64,000 bases of DNA. Source: Blautia sp. (GTDB lineage: Bacteria; Bacillota; Clostridia; Lachnospirales; Lachnospiraceae). The position numbers and the translations under genes were made by a program. The DNA is taken from contig JARIAR010000015.1 of NCBI GenBank assembly GCA_029257805.1, positions 2,493-66,492 on the forward strand, in the 5' to 3' direction. Positions 29,011 through 37,495 of this stretch are shown piece after piece (the first letter of the stretch is position 1; the number at the start of each line of letters is the position of its first letter). The notes beneath the pieces are model-generated. The model saw only the letters and a program-made list of their open reading frames with translations, was not told where the DNA came from and searched no databases.

Positions 29011-29799
29011 TTATTTTTCTGATTTTTTTCTTTGAGCTTTAATTTCCTCTAACTCATCAAAAATAACTTCATTAAGCACTTTTATATACGTTCCCTTCAT
29101 ACCGGAAGAACGGGATTCTATAACACCTGCACTTTCAAATTTACGCAATGCATTTACAATTACAGATCTTGTGATTCCAACACGGTCTGCTATCTTACTT
29201 GCAACAAGAATCCCTTCATCTCCATCTAATTCATCGAAAATGTGGATAATTGCTTCCAGTTCTGAAAAGGACAGCGTATTAAAGGCAGATTTCACAACCT
29301 GCTGTTTTCTGTCTTCTTCTGCGTTCTCTTCGTGAACTGCACGCATCATTTCCAGTCCTACAACGGTTGTCCCATATTCGCTTACAATAATATCTTCTAT
29401 ATCATATGGTCTGTCTTTACGATACATGAATAAAGTTCCAAGCCGTTCTCCTGCAATGTCAATCGGATTGATTATTCCCTGATAACACATGGGAACATGT
29501 TCAAAACCTAATGTCTGAAGATTCACATTTTCTTTTGTAGACAAAACGCCTAAAAAACGCTCATTCAACAAAGAATCCACATGTCCGCCAACCTTATCTT
29601 CAATCAATTCTGTTATTTCTTCCACTCCCGGACACAAACTGACTCCCAGCACCTTTCCTTTTTTGCTAAGCACCAGAATATTCGAACTTAATGTTTCCAT
29701 TAAAACATGACATATATCATTAAATATCACTTTACTGGAACTGCTATTATGCAAAAGTTTGTTGATTTTTCTTGTTTTATCTAGCAACTGAACGCTCAT
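29011..29799 (-). CDS. codY: GTP/BCAA-sensing pleiotropic repressor CodY
   Basis: 262 aa. N-terminal GAF-like domain and C-terminal wHTH ASKIADRVGITRSVIVNALRKFESAGVIESRS. Confidence 0.9.
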   Translation of the reverse strand: MSVQLLDKTRKINKLLHNSSSSKVIFNDICHVLMETLSSNILVLSKKGKVLGVSLCPGVEEITELIEDKVGGHVDSLLNERFLGVLSTKENVNLQTLGFEHVPMCYQGIINPIDIAGERLGTLFMYRKDRPYDIEDIIVSEYGTTVVGLEMMRAVHEENAEEDRKQQVVKSAFNTLSFSELEAIIHIFDELDGDEGILVASKIADRVGITRSVIVNALRKFESAGVIESRSSGMKGTYIKVLNEVIFDELEEIKAQRKKSEK

Positions 29800-29847
29800 G
29801 TTGTCCTCCTTTCATTACATTTCCTTTTGTAAGATATTGCTATTATT

Positions 29848-29876
29848 ATATTACATGTTTTTCAGCAAATTTACAA
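29848..29876 (-). promoter_or_regulatory. Candidate codY promoter (TTGTAA-17-TAATAT)
   Basis: Hexamers read on the minus strand, about 50 nt upstream of the codY ATG. Confidence 0.4.
29857..29871. promoter_or_regulatory. CodY-box-like motif (12/15) inside the codY promoter spacer
   Basis: GTTTTTCAGCAAATT versus consensus AATTTTCWGAAAATT. Confidence 0.35.
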
Positions 29877-29906
29877 GACATTTTTACTATTTTTATCTTT
29901 TTATTT

Positions 29907-29921
29907 GCTTTTCAGAAAATA
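29907..29921. promoter_or_regulatory. CodY-box-like motif (12/15) upstream of codY
   Basis: GCTTTTCAGAAAATA versus consensus AATTTTCWGAAAATT. Its centre is 50 bp from the first motif. Confidence 0.35.
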
Positions 29922-29953
29922 TATTCAATTTCTTTTCTATTATGAAATAAATC

Positions 29954-29991
29954 AAAAAACGAGGAAACAAAAACAATCTTTGTCTCCTCGT
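29954..29991 (-). terminator. Intrinsic terminator of topA
   Basis: Minus strand ACGAGGAGACA...TGTTTCCTCGT followed by U6. Confidence 0.6.
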
Positions 29992-29996
29992 TCTTA

Positions 29997-32069
29997 TTAT
30001 TTTTCTTCTTTTGCTTTTTGCTCTACATATCCACATGTTTCCTGACTGCAGACCAGCTTGTTTCCTTTTTCTATCATATAGCTGCCACAGACTGGACATT
30101 TTTTATCTGACGGCTTTTGCCAGGACATAAAATCACATTCCGGATTATTTTCACATCCGTAATATTTACGGCCTTTTTTTGTTTTTTTCAAAACAATTTC
30201 CTTTCCACACTTTGGACATGCAACACCGATCTTTTCATAATATGGTTTTGTGTTTTTACATTCCGGAAATCCCGGACATGCCAGAAAACGCCCATGGGGA
30301 CCATATTTAATCACCATATTTCTTCCACAGTTTTCACAGATCACATCTGTTACTTCATCCTGTATATCCACTTTTTCCAGTTCTTTTTCAGCTGCATCCA
30401 CATCGTTCTTCAAATCCGGATAGAAATTGCGCACAACTGTTTTCCATTGTACAGTTCCTGCTTCTACACAGTCCAGAAGTCCTTCCATGGTTGCAGTAAA
30501 ATTAACATCCACAATACTTGGAAATGCCTGTTTCATAATGTTATTAACAACTTCTCCAAGTTCTGTTACATACAGATTTTTCTGCTCTTTTGATACGTAT
30601 CGACGACTTATGATCGTAGTAATGGTTGGAGCATAAGTACTTGGACGTCCAATTCCAAGCTCTTCCATGGTTTTTACAAGAGATGCTTCTGTATAATGAG
30701 CGGGAGGCTGTGTGAAATGCTGTTCTGGTTTTAATGTATTTAATTTTAGTTTCATTCCTTTTTCAAGGCTCTGACTAAGAACATTTCCTTTCTTGCTATC
30801 TTCCTCATCTGTATAAACAGACAAAAATCCATCAAAGATAACTTTAGAGGCAGACACGGTAAATACATAATCTCCGCCGTGAATTTTTACCGATGTCGTT
30901 TCATATCGTGCAGGAGCCATACGGCTTGCTGCAAATCGCTTCCAGATTAACTGATATAAACGAAACTGATCCCTGGACAGAGATTCTTTCAGAAGCGCTG
31001 GTGTACGGCTAATATCCGTGGGCCTGATTGCCTCGTGCGCATCCTGTATTTTCTGACTGTTCTTAGATGTTTTTTCTGCAGCAGATAAGTACGGTTCCCC
31101 AAACTGTTCCGAAATATATGCCCGTGCTGCAGTATCCGCCTCTTCGGAAATTCTTGTGGAATCTGTACGCAGATAGGAGATAATACCAACGGTTCCCTGA
31201 CCTTTAATATCAATTCCTTCATATAACTGCTGCGCAAGCCGCATCGTCTTCTGCGTAGAAAAATTTAATGTTTTAGATGCTTCCTGCTGCAGGGTACTGG
31301 TTGTAAAAGGAAGGGGTGCATTTTTAATGCGTTCGCCTTTTTTTACTTCGGCAATCTCAAATTCTGCATTTTCCAGATTTTTAAGAATCTGATCCATCTC
31401 TTCCTTTGTATGGATCTCTATCTTTTTATCGGCTCCATAAAATTTAGCTACAAGCGGTTTTCGTTCCCCTTCTACTTTAAATTCTCCCTCCAGGCTCCAG
31501 TATTCTTCAGGAATAAAAGAATTAATTTCCTCTTCCCTGTCACAGATAATGCGCAAGGCCACAGACTGTACTCTTCCGGCACTTAATCCACGTTTTACCT
31601 TTGCCCAAAGGAGCGGACTGATGGTATATCCAACCATACGGTCCAACATACGTCTTGTCTGCTGTGCATCCACAAGATCCATATTTAAATCGCGGGCCTG
31701 TTTAATAGAAGATTTGACCGCAGTTTTTGTAATTTCATTAAATGTGATCCTGTGCATCTTTTTAGGATCTTCTTTTAATGCCTGCATAAGATGCCAGGAA
31801 ATTGCTTCTCCTTCACGGTCAGGGTCAGTTGCAAGGTAAATTTTATCTGCTTTTTTTGCTGCTTTTCTCAGCTTTGCAAGAAGTTCTCCTTTTCCTCTGA
31901 TCGTAATATATTTAGGTTCAAAATCGTTTTCCACATCAATTCCAAACTGGCTTTTTGGAAAATCACGAACATGGCCGTTTGATGCCTCTACTTCATAATT
32001 GGAACCAAGAAATTTTTTGATTGTTTTTACTTTTGCAGGTGATTCCACTATCACCAAATATTTCGACAT
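29997..32069 (-). CDS. topA: DNA topoisomerase I
   Basis: 690 aa. TOPRIM start YLVIVESPAKVKTIKKFLG, active-site region ISYLRTDS, C-terminal Zn-ribbon repeats (CxxC...CxxC). Confidence 0.95.
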   Translation of the reverse strand: MSKYLVIVESPAKVKTIKKFLGSNYEVEASNGHVRDFPKSQFGIDVENDFEPKYITIRGKGELLAKLRKAAKKADKIYLATDPDREGEAISWHLMQALKEDPKKMHRITFNEITKTAVKSSIKQARDLNMDLVDAQQTRRMLDRMVGYTISPLLWAKVKRGLSAGRVQSVALRIICDREEEINSFIPEEYWSLEGEFKVEGERKPLVAKFYGADKKIEIHTKEEMDQILKNLENAEFEIAEVKKGERIKNAPLPFTTSTLQQEASKTLNFSTQKTMRLAQQLYEGIDIKGQGTVGIISYLRTDSTRISEEADTAARAYISEQFGEPYLSAAEKTSKNSQKIQDAHEAIRPTDISRTPALLKESLSRDQFRLYQLIWKRFAASRMAPARYETTSVKIHGGDYVFTVSASKVIFDGFLSVYTDEEDSKKGNVLSQSLEKGMKLKLNTLKPEQHFTQPPAHYTEASLVKTMEELGIGRPSTYAPTITTIISRRYVSKEQKNLYVTELGEVVNNIMKQAFPSIVDVNFTATMEGLLDCVEAGTVQWKTVVRNFYPDLKNDVDAAEKELEKVDIQDEVTDVICENCGRNMVIKYGPHGRFLACPGFPECKNTKPYYEKIGVACPKCGKEIVLKKTKKGRKYYGCENNPECDFMSWQKPSDKKCPVCGSYMIEKGNKLVCSQETCGYVEQKAKEEK

Positions 32070-32107
32070 AATACCTCTCCTAATTATAATTTGCTGTTTT
32101 ATAGATA

Positions 32108-32977
32108 TTATATCCGGACATAATACTGTCTCGCCACCTCCTGAACAATTCCCATAAGTTTCAATTCTGTAAGAAGGCTGCTAGTTTTTCCAGGAGAAAA
32201 GCCTGTTTCCCGTATTAAAATATCCAGATTTTTCGGTCGTAAATCGAGACAACTATACACCAAATCCAAATCAGTTGCAAGTACCAACTTATTTTTTTCC
32301 TCCGTTTTCGCAGAAATTCCCCATTCTTCAAGAAGGATTTCCGGACAATATGCAATACCTGCACCATCATAAATCAGTTTATGACAGCCTCTGCTAAGAG
32401 CATCATTTACCGCTCCCGGAATTGCATAAATACTTTTTCCCTGTTCCAATCCACATCCTGCAGTAATTAATGACCCGCTTTTTTCTTTTGCTTCTACCAC
32501 AAGTACTACATCTGCAAATGCACTGATGATACGATTACGTGCCGGGAAAAAATAATTCCTTGGTAAAGTTCCCGGAGGATACTCACTTATAATGCCGCCA
32601 CCATTTCTTAAGATCCGTTCATACAAATGCCGATTTGCTGCAGGATAGCATACATCTGCACCACTGCCCAGCACCGCAAAGGTAGGGGTATTTCCCTCTA
32701 AGGCCCCTTTATGGCCTTCCGCATCAATCCCCAGGGCAAGCCCGCTTATTACCTGTACTCCTGCGTTGCTTAGATATTTCCCATAAGAAAAAGCCTGGAT
32801 TCGTCCATATGCACTGCACATCCTTGCCCCCACAATTGCAATGGACGGTCTGTCATCTTTCGGAACCTTTCCCATTACATACAACTTTTCCGGCATTCCC
32901 GGCAAAGAAGAAAGTCGTTTGGGATAACTGGAACTTCCTTTTTCAATGCAATATATCTTACTTTTTATTTCTTCCAT
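32108..32977 (-). CDS. dprA: DNA-processing protein DprA (Smf)
   Basis: 289 aa. Rossmann-like core SGLALGIDAEGHKGAL and SGSLITA motifs. Confidence 0.85.
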   Translation of the reverse strand: MEEIKSKIYCIEKGSSSYPKRLSSLPGMPEKLYVMGKVPKDDRPSIAIVGARMCSAYGRIQAFSYGKYLSNAGVQVISGLALGIDAEGHKGALEGNTPTFAVLGSGADVCYPAANRHLYERILRNGGGIISEYPPGTLPRNYFFPARNRIISAFADVVLVVEAKEKSGSLITAGCGLEQGKSIYAIPGAVNDALSRGCHKLIYDGAGIAYCPEILLEEWGISAKTEEKNKLVLATDLDLVYSCLDLRPKNLDILIRETGFSPGKTSSLLTELKLMGIVQEVARQYYVRI

Positions 32978-33001
32978 ATAGAATACCTCCCCACCGGCTT
33001 T

Positions 33002-34522
33002 TTAATTCCAATATTTTTTATCTAAGGCACGATAAGAAAGAGCTTCCCCTATATGAGAGGAGGCAATCGTTTCTGTTCCTTCCAGATCGGCAATCGTACG
33101 CGCCGTCTTTAATACTTTGTGATAGGAACGAGCCGTTAACTGCATTTTTTCAAATGCCATTTCAAGAAGGCGCTTCCCTTCCCCTGTGCATATACAATAT
33201 TTTTTTATCTGACTATCATGAAGCTCTGCATTAAACTGAACTCCTTCTTTTTTATATCGCACTTCCTGTATTGATCTTGCCAGTTCCACGCGCTTTTGAA
33301 TTTCTCTGGAAGTTTCCTGTTTCTTCTCTTCTGTTATTTGTGAAAAAGTAACAGAGGGGATATCCGCACAAAGATCAATTCGATCCAGCAATGGTCTGCT
33401 GACTCTTCCAAGATAATGTGTGACTTCCCCAGATGTACAATTACATCGGTTCATATCCGGATAATACCCGCACGGACATGGATTCATAGCAGCCACCAAC
33501 ATAAAACTGGCTGGAAAACAATACAGTCCGGATGCCCTGGACAATAAAATTTTTCGATCCTCCAACGGCTGTCGAAGAGTCTCCAAAGAAGCTCTGGAAA
33601 ATTCAGGCAATTCATCCAAAAACAAAACACCTCTGTGAGCCAGTGTAATCTCCCCTGGTCGTGGATTTCTTCCACCCCCTGTAAGCGCCTGGGGAGAACT
33701 TGTGTGATGAGGATTTCGGAACGGTCGTTTCGAAATCAATGGTCTCTGAGAAGATAACAGACCTGCTATACTATATATCTTTGTAAGTTCCAACTTTTCA
33801 GCTTCTGTAAGTGCCGGCATAATCGTTGGAAATCTTTTGGCCAGCATGGTTTTTCCTGCACCAGGCGGACCAATTAAAAGAATATTGTGAAATCCGCTCA
33901 CTGCAATTTCGGCTGCTCTTCTTGCACCTTCCTGTCCATAAATCTCCGAAAAATCTATTGTATTTTTTTCCTCTGATTCCTCCAGTTCTCCTTCTTTTAC
34001 CAGAAATTTATGGGGATTTTTAAGGTAAAAAATCATTTCTTCCACAGTTCGAACTCCTATCACCGGTACTTTCTTTATCAGAAGTCCTTCTTTTAGATTT
34101 TCATATGGGATCATACAAAACCGAAGTCCCATCTCCCCTGCACGTATCACTCTGGGCAAAATCCCTGAAACAGGGTGGATTTCTCCATTAAGACTCACTT
34201 CTCCTACCATAAGGATCCCTTTTAGCAGATCCGGGTTCAAAATTCCTGATGCAGCCAGTACAGCAGCCGCAACAGGAAGATCAAATCCAGCTCCTTCTTT
34301 TTTTATATCTGCCGGTACAAAATTTATGGTGATCCTTTTTGGCGGCAAACTGATACCGCTGTTTTTTAATGCTGTGCGTACCCGATCCTGGGATTCTTTC
34401 ACTTGTGCGGAGGCAAACCCTACCATAGTAAAAGAAGGCAGCCCGTTACTTACATCTGCTTCCACCTGTATCGGTGAAACTTCCATCCCGTGGATTGCAG
34501 CTGATAAAACACTTGCAAACAT
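33002..34522 (-). CDS. comM: YifB/ComM-family Mg-chelatase-like AAA+ ATPase
   Basis: Lon-protease-like N-domain, Walker A GPPGAGKT, VLFLDELPEF Walker B. GAAAGGA SD before ATG 34522; the track start is 34558. Confidence 0.85.
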   Translation of the reverse strand: MFASVLSAAIHGMEVSPIQVEADVSNGLPSFTMVGFASAQVKESQDRVRTALKNSGISLPPKRITINFVPADIKKEGAGFDLPVAAAVLAASGILNPDLLKGILMVGEVSLNGEIHPVSGILPRVIRAGEMGLRFCMIPYENLKEGLLIKKVPVIGVRTVEEMIFYLKNPHKFLVKEGELEESEEKNTIDFSEIYGQEGARRAAEIAVSGFHNILLIGPPGAGKTMLAKRFPTIMPALTEAEKLELTKIYSIAGLLSSQRPLISKRPFRNPHHTSSPQALTGGGRNPRPGEITLAHRGVLFLDELPEFSRASLETLRQPLEDRKILLSRASGLYCFPASFMLVAAMNPCPCGYYPDMNRCNCTSGEVTHYLGRVSRPLLDRIDLCADIPSVTFSQITEEKKQETSREIQKRVELARSIQEVRYKKEGVQFNAELHDSQIKKYCICTGEGKRLLEMAFEKMQLTARSYHKVLKTARTIADLEGTETIASSHIGEALSYRALDKKYWN

Positions 34523-34703
34523 ACCTGTCCTTTCTTCAGATTGCTCCCCGCTAAACATAATCTGACCTTCGTTATGAATTTATATAAACTGGAAATTCAG
34601 ACAGGAATCTGTCTGTAATAGAAAAGTTGATTTTAGTATAGCCCATTTTGCTCTATATTTCAATAGTGCAAATCGTTCTGTTTTATACTTTCCTCAAAAA
34701 GAG

Positions 34704-34949
34704 GTGACACAAATGAAATTCCAGCGAATTCAGGATTTGCGTATAGATGCCGACCTATCACAAAAAGAACTAAGTGAAATTTTACACATCAGCCAGCGTT
34801 CTTATTCTCACTACGAAACAGGTTCCCGTAATATCCCTATTGAAATGCTTATCCGGCTTGCTAATTATTATGATACCAGCATTGATTACCTGGTAGGCAG
34901 AACAAATTCCAGAAAAACCGTAGAAAAGTCAAAAAAAAGAAAATCCTAG
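34704..34949 (+). CDS. XRE-family HTH transcriptional regulator (81 aa)
   Basis: HTH_3 pattern LRIDADLSQKELSEILHISQRSYSHYETGSRNIPIEMLIRLANYYDTSIDYLVGRT. Confidence 0.8.
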   Translation: MTQMKFQRIQDLRIDADLSQKELSEILHISQRSYSHYETGSRNIPIEMLIRLANYYDTSIDYLVGRTNSRKTVEKSKKRKS

Positions 34950-34979
34950 GTTATAATTCCAGGATTTTCTTTTTCTTTT

Positions 34980-35918
34980 TCAATTTCCTTCATTTCTCTT
35001 TTTTTCTTCCCACTCAGCAATCTTATTCACATTAGCTGACTCGAATTCATTAAAAACAGCATCTTGCTGTGCATCAAATTCTTCCGGGGAAATCGTTCCC
35101 TTATACCATGACTTGCTATTAAAATAATCTGCAATTCTCTGAGTTACAAAAATCCGACCATGTCTTGCATAAATTTCATTTTTGGCAAGTTCCAGATCTG
35201 AGGAAGAGTATTTAGAAATTTCCTCATCTGTAAGATATCGGGAATTGCTCTCTGGAAAATAAAATTCTCCTTTTTCCGTATTTTGCTGCGGCTTTTTCTC
35301 CGGAGCAGGTGTTGCTGTTGGAGATGGTTTCGGCTGCTCTTTCTTTTCTCTTGTCATAAGTCCGCTGATCTGCGGGCTTACCGGAATGCCTCCAGCCTGT
35401 TCCTCTGTCCGGATATTTACATAAAGCTTTCCATTGTCAAAAGTCAGACTTCCTCTTGCTCTGCTTCCAAAAGAGTCTGTAAAAGAAAATGTAGCCGCAT
35501 TTCCTGCCACTTCTGAGGTAACATCTGCCTCTGACACATGAGCCCCGTCATTTCGGCTGCTCTGACTAAATGCGAAAGACACGCTCTCATGGCTGATGTT
35601 ATATATATTCAGGCTTACCATTCCATCCGGACTATACCACATATCCCAGTAATCATCCGGATTAAAGGTCGCCCTTATAGTGATCACAGGAGTTGGCGTA
35701 GGTGTAGCAGTGGGTGCCGGCGTTGGTGTGGCTGTTACAGCAGGTGTTGGTGTGGCCTTCGGCATACTTTCCAGCCGATCCATTGCCTCCTGCTTTGCTT
35801 TTGCCTTTTCTACATGTTTTGAATATCCCTCAATAAAAATTAAGGAAATACCAAGCACAAGAAATATTGCGATCAAAATTACTAAAACTACTTTTAGTAT
35901 GGCTTTTTTTCGTTTCAT
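34980..35918 (-). CDS. Membrane-anchored YARHG-domain protein with Pro/Thr-rich linkers
   Basis: N-terminal TM, (A/T)PTP repeats, and a C-terminal YARHG motif (NEIYARHGRIF). Confidence 0.75.
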   Translation of the reverse strand: MKRKKAILKVVLVILIAIFLVLGISLIFIEGYSKHVEKAKAKQEAMDRLESMPKATPTPAVTATPTPAPTATPTPTPVITIRATFNPDDYWDMWYSPDGMVSLNIYNISHESVSFAFSQSSRNDGAHVSEADVTSEVAGNAATFSFTDSFGSRARGSLTFDNGKLYVNIRTEEQAGGIPVSPQISGLMTREKKEQPKPSPTATPAPEKKPQQNTEKGEFYFPESNSRYLTDEEISKYSSSDLELAKNEIYARHGRIFVTQRIADYFNSKSWYKGTISPEEFDAQQDAVFNEFESANVNKIAEWEEKKRNEGN

Positions 35919-35985
35919 TTTGGATCACCCCTATTGTAGTATACTATCGCCCACTCCCTCTTTTGTAATCAAAAACAATCACATC

Positions 35986-37401
35986 TTATTCTTTTCCGCT
36001 CCAGCAATACGTACATAACTTGCATGGTTCAATATCAATAGATGCTACAAGGTCATCAAGACGATGATATTTCAGTGATGTAAAATTCAATTCCTTACGA
36101 ATATCTTCCAACATTTCTTTATAGTTGGTAGAGTCAGGATTTGCATAATCTGCCAATGTTTTGGCATCTACATTTTCTCCTTCTCTCTTAGCAATGGTTC
36201 TTCTGGTAATTAAATCCATCTCTGATTTTGAACGTGAAAAATTCAAATACTTACATCCGTATAAAAGAGGCGGACACGCAGGACGAATATGTACTTCCTT
36301 AGCACCATTGCTATAAAGGAACTCAGATGTTTCCCGAAGCTGTGTTCCACGTACGATCGAGTCATCAATCATCAAAAGACTTTTATCTTTGATCAGTTTA
36401 TGTACAGGAATCAGTTTCATCTTTGCAATAAGACTTCTCTGGCTCTGCTGGGTAGGCATAAATGACCTTGGCCAGGTAGGTGTATATTTAATAAATGGGC
36501 GGGCAAACGGAACACCTGAATGATTTGCGTATCCGATCGCATGTGCGATACCGGAATCCGGTACACCTGCTACGATATCAGGATTTACTTCTCCCATGTC
36601 TCTTTGTGCCAGCATATCTCCACACTTATAGCGCATGGCTTCTACATTGACTCCTTCATAAGTAGAAGTTGGATATCCATAGTATACCCAAAGAAAAGAA
36701 CAAATACGCATCTTTTCTCCTGGTTTTTGAAGCGTTTCCACACCTTCCGGTGTTACTGCCACAATTTCTCCAGGTCCTAATTCTTTATAATCTTCATATC
36801 CAAGATTTACATATGCAAAACTCTCAAAAGATACACAACAGGCATCCTTCTTTTTGCCAATAATAAGCGGGGTTCTTCCCAGCTTATCCCTCGCGGCAAT
36901 AAGTCCTTTTGGTGTAAGAAGCAACATTGTCATAGATCCTTCGATCATATCCTGTGCGTATCGGATTCCTTCCAGAATATTATCTTTCTGGTTAATAAGC
37001 GATGCCACCATCTCTGTAGGGTTTACACAGCCACCGCTCATTTCCAGAAAATGTGTACTTCCATTGCGGAAAGAATGGGCGATCAGCTCATCCATATTGT
37101 TGATTTTTCCTACCGTTGTAATGGCAAAATTTCCTAAATGTGAACGCACAAGCAACGGCTGTGGCTCATTATCAGAAATACATCCAATTCCCAGATTTCC
37201 TTCCAGCTCCGCAACGTCTCTGTCAAATTTCGTACGGAACGGCGAATTTTCAATATTATGAATGGCACGATCAAATCCTTTCTTTCCATCGTACACAGCC
37301 ATGCCGCCTCGTCTTGTACCAAGATGAGAATGATAATCAATTCCAAAAAATAAATCCAGAACGCAACTGGATTTTGAAGCTACTCCAAAAATTCCACCCA
37401 T
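35986..37401 (-). CDS. Amidophosphoribosyltransferase (PurF) paralogue lacking the N-terminal Cys nucleophile
   Basis: 471 aa. The PRTase motif LLMIDDSIVRGTQ is intact. The N-terminus is MGGIFGV instead of (M)CGI(F/V)G. AGGAG SD 8 nt upstream fixes the start. Confidence 0.8.
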   Translation of the reverse strand: MGGIFGVASKSSCVLDLFFGIDYHSHLGTRRGGMAVYDGKKGFDRAIHNIENSPFRTKFDRDVAELEGNLGIGCISDNEPQPLLVRSHLGNFAITTVGKINNMDELIAHSFRNGSTHFLEMSGGCVNPTEMVASLINQKDNILEGIRYAQDMIEGSMTMLLLTPKGLIAARDKLGRTPLIIGKKKDACCVSFESFAYVNLGYEDYKELGPGEIVAVTPEGVETLQKPGEKMRICSFLWVYYGYPTSTYEGVNVEAMRYKCGDMLAQRDMGEVNPDIVAGVPDSGIAHAIGYANHSGVPFARPFIKYTPTWPRSFMPTQQSQRSLIAKMKLIPVHKLIKDKSLLMIDDSIVRGTQLRETSEFLYSNGAKEVHIRPACPPLLYGCKYLNFSRSKSEMDLITRRTIAKREGENVDAKTLADYANPDSTNYKEMLEDIRKELNFTSLKYHRLDDLVASIDIEPCKLCTYCWSGKE

Positions 37402-37495
37402 TTTTTTGTCTCCTTTTTTTGTTCCCTTTATAAAAAGGGTAAGATAATCATACCCTACAATTATATAGAACCACTTAAAATAAGTAAAGACATTT

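Noticed and set aside
29893-30099. 68-aa ORF overlapping the topA 3' end and terminator
   Set aside because: It is out of frame within the topA Zn-ribbon region and runs through the terminator hairpin. The Arg/Lys-rich translation has no SD.
35680-36018. 112-aa ORF beginning MITGVGVGVAVGAGVGV
   Set aside because: It is the antisense reading of the (T/A)PTP repeat linker of the YARHG protein. The Gly/Val repeats are a complement artefact.
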